Shown: positions 12,001-22,362 of the stretch, piece after piece
Position numbering within the stretch: position 1 is the first letter of the stretch
How the letters are laid out: every line of letters begins with the position of its first letter
NCBI GenBank assembly: GCA_043228905.1
Contig: JBHGNT010000002.1
Span: 11,904,001 to 11,968,000, forward strand
Direction: 5' to 3'
From: Azolla caroliniana
Taxonomy: Eukaryota; Plantae; Polypodiophyta
DNA length: 64,000 nucleotides
Made by a program: the position numbers and the translations under genes
The notes under the pieces: model-generated
What the model saw: only the letters and a program-made list of their open reading frames with translations
Databases searched by the model: none
What the model was told of the DNA's origin: nothing

Positions 12001-14468
12001 AGGATCCGGCCGAGGACGGTGAAGAAACAGAACCGACCGAGGAAGATGAAACTGATACCGGAACCGGCCCCGATCCCGAAATGGATTCGGATGAAGAGGA
12101 AACGGAGGAGCCGGTTACCGAAGCTCCGGAACGGAGATATCCTCTAAGAGAGAGAAGGGCCCCCCGGAGATTTCCGGAACCAGAGCACGTGCTGCTAACC
12201 GACGAAGGGGAGCCGGAGAGTTTTGAAGAAGCAAAGCTTAACACCCATAGCCGCAGGTGGTTAAGTGCCATGCAGGAGGAGATGGATTCCCTGCATGAGA
12301 ACCACACATATGAACTTGTGGAGTTGCCGAAAGGAAAGCGGGCACTTCGAAACAAGTGGGTGTTCAAGCTGAAACCGGGAGATGCCGGAAACCCCCCGAG
12401 ATACAAAGCCAGGATCGTGGTGAAGGGGTTCCAGCAGAAGAAGGGCGTCGACTTCGACGAGATATTTGCCCCGGTAGTGAAGATGACCTCCATCCGGACG
12501 GTGCTGAGCATAGCGGCAAGCATGGACCTCGAGGTAGAACAGATGGACGTGAAGACGGCATTCCTTCACGGTGACCTCGAAGAAGAGATCTACATGCAGC
12601 AACCGGAAGGATTCGAGAAGAAAGGGAAGGAGCACCTGGTATGCCGGTTGAAGAAGAGCCTTTACGGACTGAAGCAGGCTCCCCGGCAATGGTACCGGAA
12701 GTTCGACTCTTTCATGACCGACGAAGGTTACCACAAAACGCAATCCGATCACTGCGTGTTTGTGAAGAAGTTCGAAGGAGGAGACTTTCTAATACTCCTC
12801 CTGTACGTGGACGACATGTTGATCGTCGGACGGGACCAGGTCAAGATACGGATGCTGAAGAAAGCGCTTCACCCAACCTTCTCAATGAAGGACCTGGGTC
12901 CGGCGAGGCAAATACTAGGGATGCACATCATCCGAGACCGGAAGAAGAAGCAGTTGTGGCTGTCACAGGAGAAGTACGTGACAAAGGTGCTTCATCGGTT
13001 CAACATGTCGGAAGCAAGACCGGTCGGGTCAACCCTCCCGGCAAACTGCAAGTTGTCCAGCAAGCAAAGCCCCAAGACAAAGGCTGAGAAGGAGGACATG
13101 ATGAAAGTACCATATGCCTCGGCCGTCGGAAGCTTGATGTACGCAATGGTGTGTACAAGACCAGACATAGGATATGCAGTCGGAGTGGTGAGCTGGTACA
13201 TGAGCAATCCCGGCAAAGAGCACTGGAACGCGGCCAAGTGGATACTCCGATACCTGAAGGGCACGGCAAACGTGTGCCTCCGATTCGGCTCCGGTAAGCC
13301 CGAACTCGACGGCTTTACCGATTCGGATATGTCGGCTGATGCAGATACCAACCGGTCCACATCAGGGTATGTGATGACGTATGCAGGGGGAGTTGTTTCG
13401 TGGCAGTCGAGGCTGCAGAAGACGGTTGCGTTGTCAACCACGGAGGCGGAGTACATGGCGGCTGTTGAAGCCGGCAAGGAAATAATATGGATGAAGGACT
13501 TCATTAGAGAGCTCGGTATCCGGCAGGAGGAGTACCGACTCTACTGCGATAGTCAGAGTGCCATCCACCTTGCGAAGAACGCGGCCTATCACTCCCGGAC
13601 GAAGCACATCCAGCGAAGATATCACTGGATCCGGGAAAGGATAGAAGACCAGGAGTTCATGCTGACGAAGATCCACACGGACGAGAACGGGTCAGATATG
13701 CTGACCAAAGTGCTCACACCCGACAAGCTGGAAGCGTGCCGGAAGAGGGTCGGACTGGAAAGACATCCCATGCCGAAGTGAAGGGGGAGTTTGTTGGGAT
13801 TACGGTCCCTCCGGATGGGATGGTCGGATGTCCGGGAATCGGGAATGAAGACCCGAATGAGGAGTAACCGGTATCGGAGCCGGATGACGAAGACCCGGTT
13901 TCGGATCCGGATGATGAAGACCCCGGCTACGGAGCCGGATGATGAAGACCCCGGCTACGGAGCCGGATGATGAAGACCCCGGCTACGGAGCCGGATGACG
14001 AATGTACCCGGAGAGAGAGATCCGGATGCGGGGACATATTTGTGAATATGTTTGCCAAGGGCCCTTGAGGCTATATTTGTAAATAGCCCGAAAGTCATAT
14101 GTGTATAAATATGACTTAGGGCAAACAGTTTTATGTTGTTGCTCATTTTTTTGTTTTCCACTCAGAGGGAGTGAAGTGAGAGAGAGAGAGAGAGGAAGGA
14201 AGAGGTCGACGCCTCTGTGTAATACCGCCGCCTGTGGCGAGGACAGCGAGCTCAAGGTCGTCGCCTTGCAGCTCGCCATTGTACATTCCCTGCGTATAGT
14301 GATAGTTGGAGTCTTGCACTCCCGTGGTTTTTCCCGTCTAGGGTTTTCCACGCTAAACCCTGTGCATTCGAGTCTCTCTCTGTTTTTCGATTTTCTGCTG
14401 CATTGATTCGTGTTTCCTCGGTTGTGGCCGGGAGAGGTGAAGGTCTTGTAAGCGTCAATATCCTAACA
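9055..14468 (+). mobile_element. Full-length Ty1/Copia element B (Tnt1/Tork-like)
   Basis: LTRs 9055-9676 and 13792-14468, TSD TTTTG on both sides, tRNA-iMet PBS TGGTATCAGAGC at 9680-9691, and PPT GAAGGGGGAG just before 13792. Confidence 0.98.
9708..13781 (+). CDS. Copia gag-pol polyprotein (uninterrupted)
   Basis: CFHCGKPGHFRKNC, WVVDSGAS, WHKRLCH, integrase D-D-E, LYVDD, RNase H (TDSD, EAEY, CDSQ). The first ATG is at 9708. Confidence 0.96.
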   Translation: MEGGSSGQPVMMVLNVQNYADWKIKMEDLLIVRDLYEPINRSEIPKGVLKTEWRLLNRKAVATIRQYVDVSVLQHVANDTNAYEMWQKLSGLYERKNALNRTSLMRKIVNLKYRDGESMVEHVSTFMGIVNQLAAIKFPLEDAMQAIILMCTLPESWENLVVTLSTSCTEDNLSLQTVKTSILNEEARRRDKEPASDPKMLFTESDRGRQRNRSPQRREKSGTRSQSRGRPTCFHCGKPGHFRKNCRHYRKDNGADDTDLKKSSERNGAYRGATDRNGSDRRGQDRKGTTTLAASEEEIMLITEEGELNIAGDETTWVVDSGASFHLTPERRYFSSYTTGKHGCVRMGNEGTCRIAGIGDVWLTTSTGCKMLLKDVRHVPEVRLNLISAGRLDDEGYTGSIRNGVMKFSKESLIVARARKVNTLYLMNAWLCPEELNVAADTADELWHKRLCHMSEKGMKRLAEDNLIPVKHVHLEKCTECLAGKQNRTSFHSRPPTRRSAPLELVHTDVCQVETKSHGGAQYFVTFIDDHSRKLWTAPLKTKDQVLCVFKELHARVERESGKKLKAIRADNGGEYRGQFEEYCRSKGIRLEFTVPKTPELNELAERMNRTIMERVRSMLAHAKLPKEFWAEAMSTATYVINRSPSVPLDGDTPQRVWTGREVSYRHLKVFGCLVYVHVAKDRRGKLDPKTRPCIFLGYGDDEFGYRVWDPVDKKIFRSRDIIFMEDKTLADWESEKKMKSSKSTGEDQLYEEQSRPARDRLALEDPAEDGEETEPTEEDETDTGTGPDPEMDSDEEETEEPVTEAPERRYPLRERRAPRRFPEPEHVLLTDEGEPESFEEAKLNTHSRRWLSAMQEEMDSLHENHTYELVELPKGKRALRNKWVFKLKPGDAGNPPRYKARIVVKGFQQKKGVDFDEIFAPVVKMTSIRTVLSIAASMDLEVEQMDVKTAFLHGDLEEEIYMQQPEGFEKKGKEHLVCRLKKSLYGLKQAPRQWYRKFDSFMTDEGYHKTQSDHCVFVKKFEGGDFLILLLYVDDMLIVGRDQVKIRMLKKALHPTFSMKDLGPARQILGMHIIRDRKKKQLWLSQEKYVTKVLHRFNMSEARPVGSTLPANCKLSSKQSPKTKAEKEDMMKVPYASAVGSLMYAMVCTRPDIGYAVGVVSWYMSNPGKEHWNAAKWILRYLKGTANVCLRFGSGKPELDGFTDSDMSADADTNRSTSGYVMTYAGGVVSWQSRLQKTVALSTTEAEYMAAVEAGKEIIWMKDFIRELGIRQEEYRLYCDSQSAIHLAKNAAYHSRTKHIQRRYHWIRERIEDQEFMLTKIHTDENGSDMLTKVLTPDKLEACRKRVGLERHPMPK

Positions 14469-17012
14469 TTTTGTTCGTCGACTCAGTTAACCCGTTTGCT
14501 TGCGGATAGTACGGTGTGCTCCGTTTATGGACAACGGCATAGAATGTCATCAGGCTTTCAACTACTTGGCCGAGAAAGTGCCCCCCTTGGTCGCTTATTA
14601 ATTCGATTGGGCATCCGTAATGGCACCATATGTAATCGTATAGAAATTTTGCCGTTGACGTAGCGGTGTTGTCTCTTAAGGCTTTGGCCTCCACCCATTT
14701 CGTGCAGTAATCCGTCGCAACGATGACATGCCGATTACCTGTTCTCATTGCCGGTGGTTTGAACGGTCCAACAAAGTCCAGACCCCACTTCTAGAATGGT
14801 TCGAGTGGTAGTACAGGCTGGTGTGGCATCCGAGCATGCTCCGTTGGCTGGCCCATTCGCTGGCATAGGTCACATTCTTTTGCGTACCGTACAACATCTC
14901 TTAATGTAGTTGGCCACCATAGGCCACTTTGCCATATTTTCCTGGCCGTCGCATCTCCGGCATAGTGACCTCCGGCAACTCCGCAGTGGGCTTCCCTCAG
15001 TATGAGGTCCTTTTCATCGCTGCGCACAACCCGTCTCCATATGCCGTCCGTGCCCTTGTGGTAAAGTGTGTCTCGCAGTAAGCAGAAATGTCGGCTTTGC
15101 ACCGCCAGGCGTTTCCTTTCGTCCCGGTTCATCTCCTCCGGAGGCAGTCCTGTGCTCAGAAACTGGTGCATATTTGTGAGCCACTTGTCTTCCTATGCCA
15201 CCATTTCATCTGCTGCCATTTCCGTAGTGACTCGAAACAGCTCTGCATCCGGAAACTCGTCCGCTACTCCGTCGCCCGTCTCTCCGGACTCTAATCGGCT
15301 TAAATAATCCGCTACGACATGCTGTATACCGGGTCGGTGGAATATTTCGAACTCGAATTCCTATAACAGTAAGGTCCACCGGGCCAACTTATCGGTGAGT
15401 GACGCCTTGGACACCAGGTAGAGGAATGCCGAATGATCTACATGGAAGGAACACTTCCTTCCGAATAAATAATGCCGAAACTTTGTCACACTGTAGATCA
15501 TCCCTAGAGCTTCCCGTTCCGTGGTAGAGTAGTTCTGTTCCGCTTGGGATAGCTTTCGGCTGGCATAGTACACTGGCCGGTACCACTTTGGCTCCGTAAG
15601 CTGCATCAGTGCGCTTCCGATTGCGATGTCGGAGGCGTCCACGAACACATGAAATTCTTTACTCCAATCCGGAGGCTGCACTACCGGTGCCTGCGACAAT
15701 AGTACCTTGAGGGCCCTATACGCCCTATTCTCGGTGTCGGTCCACTAGAATGGTGTTCGATGTACCGCGGCATGCAACGGTGTAGCCAGGTCGGCCAAGT
15801 ATCGGAGCATCCGGCTGTGCCACCGGATTTGGCCTAAGAACCGGCTCAATGCCTTTGCCGTTGCCGGCGCCGGTGCTTCTAATATGGCTTTCACTTTGTC
15901 CGGGTCGACTGCAATGCCTTCCTTGCTCACAATATGTCCTAGTAGGGTTCCACTAGACACGCCAAATACACACTTCGCCGGATTCAAGCTTAGCCGGTAC
16001 GCTCTACACTTTTCTAGACAAAGACGGAGGTGCTGCAAATGTTCCTCTTCCCGGCTATAGACGGCGAAATCGTCAAGGAAAACCTGCATAAAAGCCGGGA
16101 TATATTCACCAAATATTTCCATGATGATTCGTTGGAATGTTGCCGGTGCCGTTTTGAGTCCAAACATCATCACCACGGCCACAAACACCCCCCATTCGGT
16201 GACGAAAGCCGTTTTCTCTTGGTCGTCGGGGTGCATCCGGATCTGATTATACCCGCTGAATCCGTCTAGAAAGCTATAGACCTCATGGCCGGCGACGGCA
16301 TCCAACACTCCATCTGTGAACGGAAGTGGAAACACATCTGTTACCGTAGCCGCATTGAGTTTCCGGTAGTCCACACAAACTCGAATTTTTCCGTTCTTCT
16401 TCGATACGACTACGATCGGGCTCAGCCATGTCGCTTTTTTTACCGGACGGATAAAGCCAACTCTTAGCAGTTTGTCGATTTCCTCCTTGACTTTGGCGGC
16501 ATAATTGGGATTCATCCGGTACCGTCTTTGTGCCACTGGTTTTGCGTCCTTGCTCAAGTGAATCTGATGCTGGTATAACTGAGGGTCGAGCCCTCGCATG
16601 TCTTCGTATGACCAGGCAAACACATCGCGAAATTCCGTGAGAAGTGTGATCGTCGTCGTTTTGTCTTCGGACTTCATCTCCTTGGCGATGTGCACCGGTT
16701 TTGCTTCGTCCGTGGTCCCTAGGTTCACCTCTTCAAGTTGCGACGCTTTTAAGCGCTGTGAAACGGCCATTTCCCGTTCCAACGCTTCCTACGCTTGTCG
16801 TAACTCTCAGATTGCGTCCTTATCCGGTTCTGCTTCAATCTCTTCCGGATGCGGTAAGTATGGTGCTACTGCTTCGGCAATGTCAATTTTGAAGAGGGGT
16901 ACGATCTTCGGGTTTTCCTGCAAGTACTGAGCTTCTTCTTCGTCAGCTAACCCTTCTAGCATGTTGACACACTCTGCATACAACGGTGTACATTCCTTGC
17001 CAGTGCTCGTCC
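14469..17012 (-). pseudogene. Host Gypsy RT, RNase H and integrase N-terminal/core, with several premature stops
   Basis: CVDYRKLN, FLDGFSGYNQI, MFGLK, FLDD, FVDASD, HCGVAGGH..CDLC, ISDQG. Confidence 0.94.
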
Positions 17013-20000
17013 TGTTGGGATTACGGTCCCTTCGCATGGGATGGTCGGATATCGGAGATGAATGCCGACAAGCCCGGTTTCGGTTTTCGGATCCGGATGA
17101 CGAAGACCCCGGTTTCGGTACCGGATGACGAATGTACCCGGAGAGCGATCCGGATACAGGGACATATCCGTGAATATGTTCGCTATGGGCCCCTGAGGCT
17201 ACAGTTGTAAATAGCCCAAAGTCATATAAGTATAAATATGACTTAGGGCAAACAGTTTTGTTGTTGCCTCTCATTTTTCTGTTTTTTTTCCACTCAAGAG
17301 GAGTGAAGTGTAAGCAGCCGTGAGAGAGAGAGAGAGAGAGATAGAGCGCGAGAGACGAAGAGGTAGACGCCTCTGTGTATTTCCGCCGCCTGTGGCGAGG
17401 ACAGCGAGCTCAAGGTCGTCGCCTTGCAGCTCGCCATTGTATACTTCTCTGTATAGTGTTGGGTTGGAGTCTTGTACTCCCGTGGTTTTTCCCGTCTGGG
17501 TTTTCCACGTTAATCCCTGTGTACTCGCGTTCTTGTTTTTCGTGTGGTTCCTATTTTCTGCTGCATTGATCCGCGATTACTCGGTTGTGGCCGAGGGAAG
17601 AAGGTGAATCGAAGCGTCTATTCCTTACAAACTGGTATCAGAGCGACTGTTGCAGAAAATGGAAGGCGGCGGCAGCGGGCAGCCGGGGATGATGGTGCTG
17701 AATGCACAGAATTACGCCGACTGGAAGATCAAGATGGAGGATCTCCTGATTGTTCGGGACCTGTACGAACCGATTGACAGGTCGGAAATACCGAAGGGGG
17801 TACTTGAGTCGGAGTGGAAGCTCCTGAACCGGAAAGCCGTAGCGACGATCCGACAATATGTCGATGTAAGCGTCCTACAACATGTGGCGAACGACACCAA
17901 CGCATATGAGATGTGGAAGAAGCTGTCGGGCCTCTACGAGAGGAAGAATGCGTTGAACCGGACCTCCCTGATGAGGAAGATAGTGAATCTCAAGTACCGG
18001 GACGGCGAGAGTATGGTGGAACACGTAAGCACGTTCATGGGATTCGTGAATCAGCTTGCAGCGATCAAGTTCCCGTTGGAGGATGCAATGCAAGCCATCA
18101 TTCTGATGTGTACATTGCCGGAAAGCTGGGAGAACTTGGTGGTGACTCTCAGCACCTCCTGCACCGAAGATAACTTGTCCCTACAAACGGTAAAGACAAG
18201 TATTCTGAACGAAGAAGCGCGTCGGAGAGATAAGGAACCGGCCTCCGACCCGAAGATGTTGTTTACCGAATCGGATCGGGGAAGACAATGGAACCGGAGT
18301 CCGCAAAGACGGGAGAAGTCGGGGACCCGGTCGCAGTCAAAAGGAAGGCCCACATGCTTCCACTGTGGGAAGCCGGGACACTTCCGAAAGAATTGTCGGC
18401 ATTACCGAAAAGACAATGGAACCGACAACACCGATTCGAAGAAGTCACCGGAGAGAAACGGTGCATACCGGGGAGCCACGGACCGGAATGGTTCGGATCG
18501 GCGAGGGCAGGACCGAAAAGGAACGACGGCACTCGCGGCAAGTGAAGAGGAGATCATGCTCATCACCGAAGAAGGTGAACTAAACATTGCCGGCGATGAG
18601 ACGACCTGGGTGGTCGATTCCGGAGCATCGTTCCACCTGACCCCGGAGAGAAGATACTTCTCATCCTACACAGCCGGCGAGCATGGCTGTGTTTGGATGG
18701 GAAACGAAGGTACGTGCCGGATTGCCGGCATAGGAGACGTGTGGTTGACAACCCCGACCGGATGCAAAATGCTGCTGAAGAATGTCCGACACGTTCCGGA
18801 GGTCCGACTGAACCTGATTTCGGCCGGGAGGCTAGATGATGAAGGCTACACGGGTAGCATCCGGAACGGTGTCATGAAGTTCAGCAAGGGGAGCTTGATA
18901 GTGGCTCGGGCCCGGAAGGTCAACACACTGTACCTGATGAATGCCCGGTTATGTCCGGAAGAGCTGAATGTGGCAGCCGACACTGCCGGTGAGCTGTGGC
19001 ACAAAAGACTGTGCCACATGAGTGAGAAGGGGATGAAGAGGCTTGCAGAAGACAACCTTATTCCGGTGAAGCATGTGCACCTGGAGAAGTGCACCGACTG
19101 CCTGGCCGGTAAGCAGAACCGAACCTCCTTCCACTCAAGGCCACCGACGAGACGTAGCGCACCATTGGAGTTGGTGCACACTGATGTGTGTCAGGTAGAA
19201 ACGAAGTCACATGGCGGAGCCCAGTACTTCGTAACATTCATAGATGACCACAGCCGGAAGCTGTGGACGGCACCGTTGAAGACAAAGGATCAAGTATTGT
19301 CCGTCTTCAAAGAACTCCACGCGAGAGTGGAAAGGGAATCCGGCAAGAAGCTGAAAGCGATACGAGCGGATAACGGAGGAGAATACCGAGGGCAGTTCGC
19401 GGAGTATTGTCGTTCGATGGGAATCCGGCTCGAGTTCACTGTGCCGAAGACGCCGGAACTGAACGGGCTGGCCGAGAGGATGAACCGGACCATAATGGAG
19501 AGGGTCCGGAGTATGCTGGCACATGCGAAATTACCCAAGGGATTTTGGGCTGAGGCAATGTCGACGGCGACATACGTGATAAACAGATCACCCTCAGTAC
19601 CTTTGGACGGAGACACGCCACAGAGAGTGTGGACCGGTAAGGAAGTGTCCTACTGGCATCTGAAGGTATTCGGGTGTCTCGCATTTGTGCATGTGGCAAA
19701 GGACCGGAGAGGAAAGCTAGATCCAAAGACCCGGCCATGCATATTCCTCGGTTACGGCGATGACGAGTTCGGCTACCGAGTATGGGACCCGGTCGACAGG
19801 AAGATATTCAGGAGTCGAGATATCATCTTCATGGAGGACAAGTCACTCGCCGACTGGGAGTCGGAGAAGAAGATGAAGAGCTCCAAGTCGACCGGTGAGG
19901 ATAAACTCTACGAGGAGCAGTCCCGACCGGCAAGGGACCGGTTAGCACTCGAGGACCCGGCCGAAGACGGTGAAGAAACAGAACCGGCCGAAGAAGATGA

Positions 20001-22362
20001 AAATGATACCGGAACCGGCCCCGATCCCGAAATGGATTCGGATGAAGAAGAAGAATCGGAAGAACCGGTTACCGAAGCTCCCGAACGGAGATATCCTCTA
20101 AGAGAGAGGAGAGCCCCCTGGAGATTTCCGGAACCAGAGCACGTGCTGCTAACCGACGAGGGGGAGCCGGAGAGCTTTGAAGAAGCAAAGCATGACACCC
20201 AGAGCCGCAGGTGGTTGAGTGCCATGCAGGACGAGATGGATTCCCTGCATGAGAACCTCACATATGAACTTGTGGAGTTGCCGAAAGGAAAGCGGGCACT
20301 TCGAAACAAGTGGGTGTTCAAGCTGAAACCGGGAGATGCCGGAAACCCCCCGAGATATAAAGCCAGGATCGTGGTGAAGGGGTTTCAGCAGAAGAAGGGC
20401 GTCGACTTCGACGAGATATTTGCCCCGGTAGTGAAGATGACCTCCATCCGGACGGTGCTGAGCATAGCGGCAAGCATGGACCTCGAGGTAGAACAGATGG
20501 ACGTGAAGACGGCATTCCTTCACGGTGACCTCGAAGAAGAGATTTACATGCAGCAACCGGAAGGATTCGAGAAGAAAGGGAAGGAGCACCTGGTATGCCG
20601 GTTGAAGAAGAGCCTTTACGGACTGAAGCAGGCTCCCCGGCAATGGTACCGGAAGTTCGACTCCTTCATGACCGACGAAGGGTACCTCAAAACGCAGTCC
20701 GACCACTGCGCGTTTGTGAAGAAATTCGAAGGAGGAGACTTTCTAATACTCCTCCTGTACGTGGACGACATGTTGATCGTCGGACGGGACCAGGTCAAGA
20801 TACGGATGCTGAAGAAGGCTCTTCACCGAACCTTCTCAATGAAGGACCTGGGTCCGGCGAGGCAAATACTAGGGATGCACATCATCCGGGACCGGAAGAA
20901 GAAGCAGTTGTGGCTGTCACAGGAGAAGTACGTGACGAAGGTGCTTCACCGGTTCAACATGTCGGAAGCAAGACCGGTCGGATCGACCCTCCCGGCAAAC
21001 TCCAAGCTGTCCAGCAAGCAAAGTCCCAAGACAAAGGCTGAAAAGGAGGATATGATGAAAGTGCCGTATGCCTCAGCCGTCGGGAGCTTGATGTACGCCA
21101 TGGTGTGTACGAGACCGGACATAGGATATGCAGTCGGAGTGGTGAGCCGGTACATGAGCAATCCCGGCAAAGAGCATTGGAACGCGGTCAAGTGGATACT
21201 CCGATACCTGAAGGGCACAGCGAATGTGTGCCTCCGATTCGGCTCCGGTAAACCCGAACTCGACGGTTTCACCGATTCGGATATGTCGGCTGATGCAGAC
21301 ACCAGCCGGTCCACATCAGGGTATGTGATGACGTATGCAGGGGGAGCTGTTTCATGGCAGTCGAGGCTGCAGAAGACGGTTGCGTTGTCAACCACGGAGG
21401 CGGAGTACATGGCGGCTGTTGAAGCCGGCAAGGAAATAATATGGATGAAGGACTTCATTAGAGAGCTCGGTATCCAACAGGAGGAGTACCGACTCTACTG
21501 TGACAGTCAGAGTGCAATCCACCTTGCGAAGAACGCGGCCTATCACTCCCGGACGAAGCACATCCAGCGAAGATATCACTGGATCCGGGAAAGGATAGAA
21601 GACAAGGAGTTCGTGCTGACAAAGATCCACACGGACGAGAACGGGTCGGATATGCTGACCAAGGTCCTCACACCCGACAAGCTGGAAGCATGCCGGAAGA
21701 GGGTCGGATTGGAGAGACATCCCATGCCGAAGTGAAGGGGGAGTTTGTTGGGATTACGGTCCCTTCGCATGGGATGGTCGGATATCGGAGATGAATGCCG
21801 ACAAGCCCGGTTTCGGTTTTCGGATCCGGATGACGAAGACCCCGGTTTCGGTACCGGATGACGAATGTACCCGGAGAGCGATCCGGATACAGGGACATAT
21901 CCGTGAATATGTTCGCTATGGGCCCCTGAGGCTACAGTTGTAAATAGCCCAAAGTCATATAAGTATAAATATGACTTAGGGCAAACAGTTTTGTTGTTGC
22001 CTCTCATTTTTCTGTTTTTTTTCCACTCAAGAGGAGTGAAGTGTAAGCAGCCGTGAGAGAGAGAGAGAGAGAGATAGAGCGCGAGAGACGAAGAGGTAGA
22101 CGCCTTTGTGTATTTCCGCCGCCTGTGGCGAGGACAGCGAGCTCAAGGTCGTCGCCTTGCAGCTCGCCATTGTATACTTCTCTGTATAGTGTTGGGTTGG
22201 AGTCTTGTACTCCCGTGGTTTTTCCCGTCTGGGTTTTCCACGTTAATCCCTGTGTACTCGCGTTCTTGTTTTTCGTGTGGTTCCTATTTTCTGCTGCATT
22301 GATCCGCGATTACTCGGTTGTGGCCGAGGGAAGAAGGTGAATCGAAGCGTCTATTCCTTACA
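17013..22362 (+). mobile_element. Full-length Ty1/Copia element C (same family as B), very recent
   Basis: 617-bp LTRs 17013-17629 and 21746-22362 with one substitution seen, TSD CGTCC on both sides, PBS TGGTATCAGAGC at 17633-17644, and a PPT. Confidence 0.98.
17659..21735 (+). CDS. Copia gag-pol polyprotein (uninterrupted)
   Basis: All Copia catalytic motifs are present and the protein is near-identical to 9708-13781. Confidence 0.96.
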   Translation: MEGGGSGQPGMMVLNAQNYADWKIKMEDLLIVRDLYEPIDRSEIPKGVLESEWKLLNRKAVATIRQYVDVSVLQHVANDTNAYEMWKKLSGLYERKNALNRTSLMRKIVNLKYRDGESMVEHVSTFMGFVNQLAAIKFPLEDAMQAIILMCTLPESWENLVVTLSTSCTEDNLSLQTVKTSILNEEARRRDKEPASDPKMLFTESDRGRQWNRSPQRREKSGTRSQSKGRPTCFHCGKPGHFRKNCRHYRKDNGTDNTDSKKSPERNGAYRGATDRNGSDRRGQDRKGTTALAASEEEIMLITEEGELNIAGDETTWVVDSGASFHLTPERRYFSSYTAGEHGCVWMGNEGTCRIAGIGDVWLTTPTGCKMLLKNVRHVPEVRLNLISAGRLDDEGYTGSIRNGVMKFSKGSLIVARARKVNTLYLMNARLCPEELNVAADTAGELWHKRLCHMSEKGMKRLAEDNLIPVKHVHLEKCTDCLAGKQNRTSFHSRPPTRRSAPLELVHTDVCQVETKSHGGAQYFVTFIDDHSRKLWTAPLKTKDQVLSVFKELHARVERESGKKLKAIRADNGGEYRGQFAEYCRSMGIRLEFTVPKTPELNGLAERMNRTIMERVRSMLAHAKLPKGFWAEAMSTATYVINRSPSVPLDGDTPQRVWTGKEVSYWHLKVFGCLAFVHVAKDRRGKLDPKTRPCIFLGYGDDEFGYRVWDPVDRKIFRSRDIIFMEDKSLADWESEKKMKSSKSTGEDKLYEEQSRPARDRLALEDPAEDGEETEPAEEDENDTGTGPDPEMDSDEEEESEEPVTEAPERRYPLRERRAPWRFPEPEHVLLTDEGEPESFEEAKHDTQSRRWLSAMQDEMDSLHENLTYELVELPKGKRALRNKWVFKLKPGDAGNPPRYKARIVVKGFQQKKGVDFDEIFAPVVKMTSIRTVLSIAASMDLEVEQMDVKTAFLHGDLEEEIYMQQPEGFEKKGKEHLVCRLKKSLYGLKQAPRQWYRKFDSFMTDEGYLKTQSDHCAFVKKFEGGDFLILLLYVDDMLIVGRDQVKIRMLKKALHRTFSMKDLGPARQILGMHIIRDRKKKQLWLSQEKYVTKVLHRFNMSEARPVGSTLPANSKLSSKQSPKTKAEKEDMMKVPYASAVGSLMYAMVCTRPDIGYAVGVVSRYMSNPGKEHWNAVKWILRYLKGTANVCLRFGSGKPELDGFTDSDMSADADTSRSTSGYVMTYAGGAVSWQSRLQKTVALSTTEAEYMAAVEAGKEIIWMKDFIRELGIQQEEYRLYCDSQSAIHLAKNAAYHSRTKHIQRRYHWIRERIEDKEFVLTKIHTDENGSDMLTKVLTPDKLEACRKRVGLERHPMPK

